From Candidatus Micrarchaeota archaeon (lineage in GTDB: Archaea > Micrarchaeota > Micrarchaeia > Micrarchaeales > Micrarchaeaceae), in the NCBI GenBank assembly GCA_030037495.1, contig JASHRG010000007.1:22718-86717 (forward strand): 64,000 nucleotides of DNA, read 5' to 3'. Of the stretch, positions 61,245 to 64,000 are shown one piece after another; position 1 is the stretch's first letter, and every line of letters begins with the position of its first letter. The translations under genes and the position numbers were made by a program. Under the pieces are notes generated by a model. The model searched no databases, had not been told where the DNA came from, and worked only from the letters and a program-made list of their open reading frames with translations.

Positions 61245-62432
61245 ATGAAGCCCAGCATAACAATCATAGTGCTAGACACTATGCGGCTTGACGAGTTCCA
61301 GGAACTTGAGAAAAAACACCAGGAGTTCAAGAAACTAGGGTTCACCTTCCTGAACAACTGCATAGCCCCTGCCCCATGGACATTACCTTCCCATGCATCG
61401 CTTTTAACAGGCAAGTACCCGAGCGAGCACGGGGCGCATGAAACAAGGGAGATAAAGACACTTGACATTGCAAGGATCAGGCTCAGGGAACGCACGCTTG
61501 TTACAGACCTCAGGGAGCTCGGATACAAAACATATGGGATATCAGCGAATCCGTACGTGCATCCGATATATGGGTTCGATGAGTTCAACAAGTTCATAGA
61601 GGAGTCATACTTCACAGACATTTCAGGCGGAGTAATAAAGATGCCGAAGAGGCTGCGTGGACTCGCAGCAAAGTACAGGAACATGTACGGAGAAGACATC
61701 ATAAAGGTGCCGCTCAGCATGTTAAGGGAGAACCCAAACCTGATATTCGAGGCACCAGCAGTAGGTATACTAACGGCAAAGTCAGCGTTCGGCAAGCTCA
61801 GGGCAAAGCTTGTGGATGGCTGGCCGATAGAGAAGGGAGGCAAGAGAATAACAAAGACTGTAAACGGGATGCGCTTTGGAAAGCCATTCTTCCTGTTCAT
61901 TAACTTAATGGAGGCGCATGATCCATACATGGGCTCAAGGAAGGACTTCAACTGGGCTACCACGTTCCTGAAGAATGGACCCAACAGCAAGCTTATAGCG
62001 CAGTGGAAAAGGCTCTATTCGGTGGGTTCCCTCAGGGCCTATAGATATGCCGCCCGGATAGTGAGCGGCCTGCAGGAGCGATATGGCAGCAACCAGCTGA
62101 CCATTGTAACAAGCGACCACGGGCAGGCGTTCAACGAGCATGGTTTCATAAGCCACGGAACCGTGCTCTATGATGAGGTTGTAAAGATACCAATGGCTGT
62201 GAAGACCCCTGGTGTTGATAGGGCCAGGATAAGCGGTTATTCATCCTTGGTGAATGTGAGGGACTTCCTTTCCGAGGCAATAAATGGAAACGAGCACGCG
62301 ATCGAGAGGCTTTGCTCAAAGGCTGTGTACTCGGAAAGCTTCGGCATACCAGCAAACATAAGCATGGTTCCGGGTATAGACATGGCAAAGCTTAGGGCAT
62401 TCGACAAGCCAAAAAGGCGAAAGTTTTCCTAG
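61245..62432 (+). CDS. sulfatase / alkaline-phosphatase superfamily protein
   Basis: IIVLDTMRLDEF (metal-binding Asp), APWTLPSHASLLTGKYPSEHG (nucleophile region, Thr in place of Cys/Ser) and VTSDHGQAFNEHG. Confidence 0.65.
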   Translation: MKPSITIIVLDTMRLDEFQELEKKHQEFKKLGFTFLNNCIAPAPWTLPSHASLLTGKYPSEHGAHETREIKTLDIARIRLRERTLVTDLRELGYKTYGISANPYVHPIYGFDEFNKFIEESYFTDISGGVIKMPKRLRGLAAKYRNMYGEDIIKVPLSMLRENPNLIFEAPAVGILTAKSAFGKLRAKLVDGWPIEKGGKRITKTVNGMRFGKPFFLFINLMEAHDPYMGSRKDFNWATTFLKNGPNSKLIAQWKRLYSVGSLRAYRYAARIVSGLQERYGSNQLTIVTSDHGQAFNEHGFISHGTVLYDEVVKIPMAVKTPGVDRARISGYSSLVNVRDFLSEAINGNEHAIERLCSKAVYSESFGIPANISMVPGIDMAKLRAFDKPKRRKFS

Positions 62433-62489
62433 GTAGATTATCCGACATAAGGTATAAATCAGAGTTTCGCGATAAACATAAGTGGGTTA

Positions 62490-63707
62490 ATGAAGAGGAT
62501 TCTGCTTGTCGACCTGTCATCCAGGACGACAAAAGTAGGGGGAGAGGCAAGGGTGGTAGCAGAGCTGTTCGAGGGGCTGCAAAAGCCGTTCAGGACATAT
62601 TACCTTGGCTTCAACACGCACTATATTGATGAGCAGGGATCAAACAAGATACTGCTGAAGAAGACCCTGCCTGTTGACGCAAAGACCAGGAAAATGCGCA
62701 TATCTGAACTCAAGGTTGCTAGAATTGCATACAATATTATCTTTATCAGGAGGAGGAAATGGTTCGGGCTGCACCCAGATGAAAACAACAAGGTTATGGA
62801 GTATGCTCCAAACGTGGTGGTCTCAAACTCGATAGCAGATTTCCCGCTTTTGCTCTACTTCAAAAGAAAAATGAACTTTAAGGTAGTGTATGTTGATCAT
62901 GGCAGCATCTCCACTACCGCGCTGCTTGGCTACTTTGCCAAAGAAAGCATACCGCTTACGGTTGGATCAGGCATCCACGGGCTGAGCCCCGAGTCCATAA
63001 GAAGGAAGTTCTTCGACTTCTTCGACCTCAATATTGCACTAAACAAGAAACAATACGAAGCGATCAAGAAGCTTACAAATAAGGTAGCCTACATACCAAA
63101 CGGGATAGAGGTAGAGGTAAAGAAGGGCGGGGACGATTCGCGCAGATTCAGGGAAAGGTACGGCATAGGCAAGAACGACTTTGTAATCCTGTACCTTGGC
63201 AGGATGTTTGAGCGCCAGAAAAGGGTAAGCACCCTTATTGATGCATTCAAGATGACGAAAAACCCGAGGTTAAAGCTTGTGCTTGCAGGAAGCGGGCCAT
63301 CCCTCGCAGAATACATAGAAACGGCAAGCGGAGACAGCAGGATAATATTCACCCATGAGCTCCAGGAGAACCAGATAAACGCGGTCTACGAGTCAGCAGA
63401 TGTGTTTGTGCTGCCATCAATGTGGGAGGGATTCAGCATAGTGACCCTTGAGGCAGCCGCGCATAAATTGCCTATGATACTATCAGACAATGCTTATATC
63501 GAAGACCTGAAGCTGAAGAGCATAGGTCCCATCCCAAGCTTCAGGACAGGGGACGCCACAGGACTCCATAAACTATTGGAAAAGATAGCTTCAGATGCGA
63601 AGTTTAGGGCAAGGGCAGCAGCATCTTCAGCGGCAATAGCAAAAGAGTTCACTCCGGAGAAGATGGTTAGCAAGTACAAGGATGCAATAAACAGGCTTAC
63701 TCAATGA
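62490..63707 (+). CDS. family 4 (GT-B, group 1) glycosyltransferase
   Basis: C-terminal EGFSIVTLEAAAHKLPMILSD (E-x7-E-type motif) and GRMFERQKRV. Confidence 0.75.
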   Translation: MKRILLVDLSSRTTKVGGEARVVAELFEGLQKPFRTYYLGFNTHYIDEQGSNKILLKKTLPVDAKTRKMRISELKVARIAYNIIFIRRRKWFGLHPDENNKVMEYAPNVVVSNSIADFPLLLYFKRKMNFKVVYVDHGSISTTALLGYFAKESIPLTVGSGIHGLSPESIRRKFFDFFDLNIALNKKQYEAIKKLTNKVAYIPNGIEVEVKKGGDDSRRFRERYGIGKNDFVILYLGRMFERQKRVSTLIDAFKMTKNPRLKLVLAGSGPSLAEYIETASGDSRIIFTHELQENQINAVYESADVFVLPSMWEGFSIVTLEAAAHKLPMILSDNAYIEDLKLKSIGPIPSFRTGDATGLHKLLEKIASDAKFRARAAASSAAIAKEFTPEKMVSKYKDAINRLTQ

Positions 63708-64000
63708 CGCCTATCCCTGCAAACTTTCCTTTAGAATAGAGTACAAACCTGCCAAGCTCCTTTGTTTCATCGTAGCTTTCTGCAGGGATTTTTCTTTCAA
63801 GCTTAAACTGGGCTATAATAGCATTAAGAGGCTCAATTTTGCCCCTTGTGCTTTCGCTTCCGTTAGTGGTGTCTACATACTTCAACACATTTACTGACTT
63901 GCAAGGAACATCATTACCATTAAACTTTATGTTAGGTTTTTCTCCAAAGCTGAGAACTACGAATACTTTTGCTTTTATAGTGCTCTCAGGCCGTACTTCG
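63697..64000 (-). CDS. EF-Tu/EF-1alpha-family GTPase, C-terminal beta-barrel domains only (partial; N-terminus beyond the window end)
   Basis: The frame is open to the window edge. Manual translation gives ...IKAKVFVVLSFGEKPNIKFNGNDVPCKSVNVLKYVDTTNGSE...IIAQFKLERKIPAESYDETKELGRFVLYSKGKFAGIGVIE, a domain II/III pattern that ends with an LGRF..R..G.T.A.G-like motif. Confidence 0.5.
   Translation of the reverse strand, partial: EVRPESTIKAKVFVVLSFGEKPNIKFNGNDVPCKSVNVLKYVDTTNGSESTRGKIEPLNAIIAQFKLERKIPAESYDETKELGRFVLYSKGKFAGIGVIE

Noticed and set aside
1-64000. CRISPR arrays, rRNA genes, IS elements/transposases, RNase P or SRP RNA.
   Set aside because: I saw no regularly spaced direct repeats. 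No intergenic gap exceeds ~190 nt, which is too short for rRNA, RNase P RNA or SRP RNA. No transposase- or integrase-like ORF is present.

Overview
The window reads as a compact archaeal chromosomal segment dominated by housekeeping genes. It contains ribosomal protein and RNA polymerase operon fragments (L3-L4; rpoD-L18e-L13-S9-rpoN-S2; L30e-S12-S7-aEF2; L7Ae-S28e-L24e; L44e-aIF2alpha). Replication, repair and division genes are present (PolB, GINS, RadA, RNase HII, class II RNR, SMC, FtsZ). So are a complete SUF Fe-S operon, archaeal ether-lipid genes (GGPP synthase, UbiA-type prenyltransferase, geranylgeranyl reductase, CDP-alcohol transferase) and glycosyltransferases. I support about 80 CDS and 8 tRNAs. 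I found no rRNA, CRISPR array, IS element or transposase. Three tRNAs are interrupted, two at non-canonical positions (T-loop and D-loop), and the window also encodes a three-unit tRNA-splicing endonuclease. Together with many 4-nt gene overlaps and class III signal peptide surface proteins, this suggests a DPANN or Micrarchaeota-like (ARMAN-like) lineage; that placement is inference only. The most unusual items are these: a HerA/FtsK-type ATPase fused to an Hjc-like PD-(D/E)xK nuclease module; a 359-aa LAGLIDADG intein in SufB; an RNase HII whose catalytic DEAGRG motif lies upstream of any ATG/GTG/TTG; an orphan CheD-like protein; a protein with a C-terminal J-domain; a SecB-like small protein heading the PolB operon; an unassignable 297-aa protein after aEF-2; and a long L7Ae leader with a box D'/C'-like motif abutting the start codon. 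All family assignments come from motif recognition by eye, with no database search.
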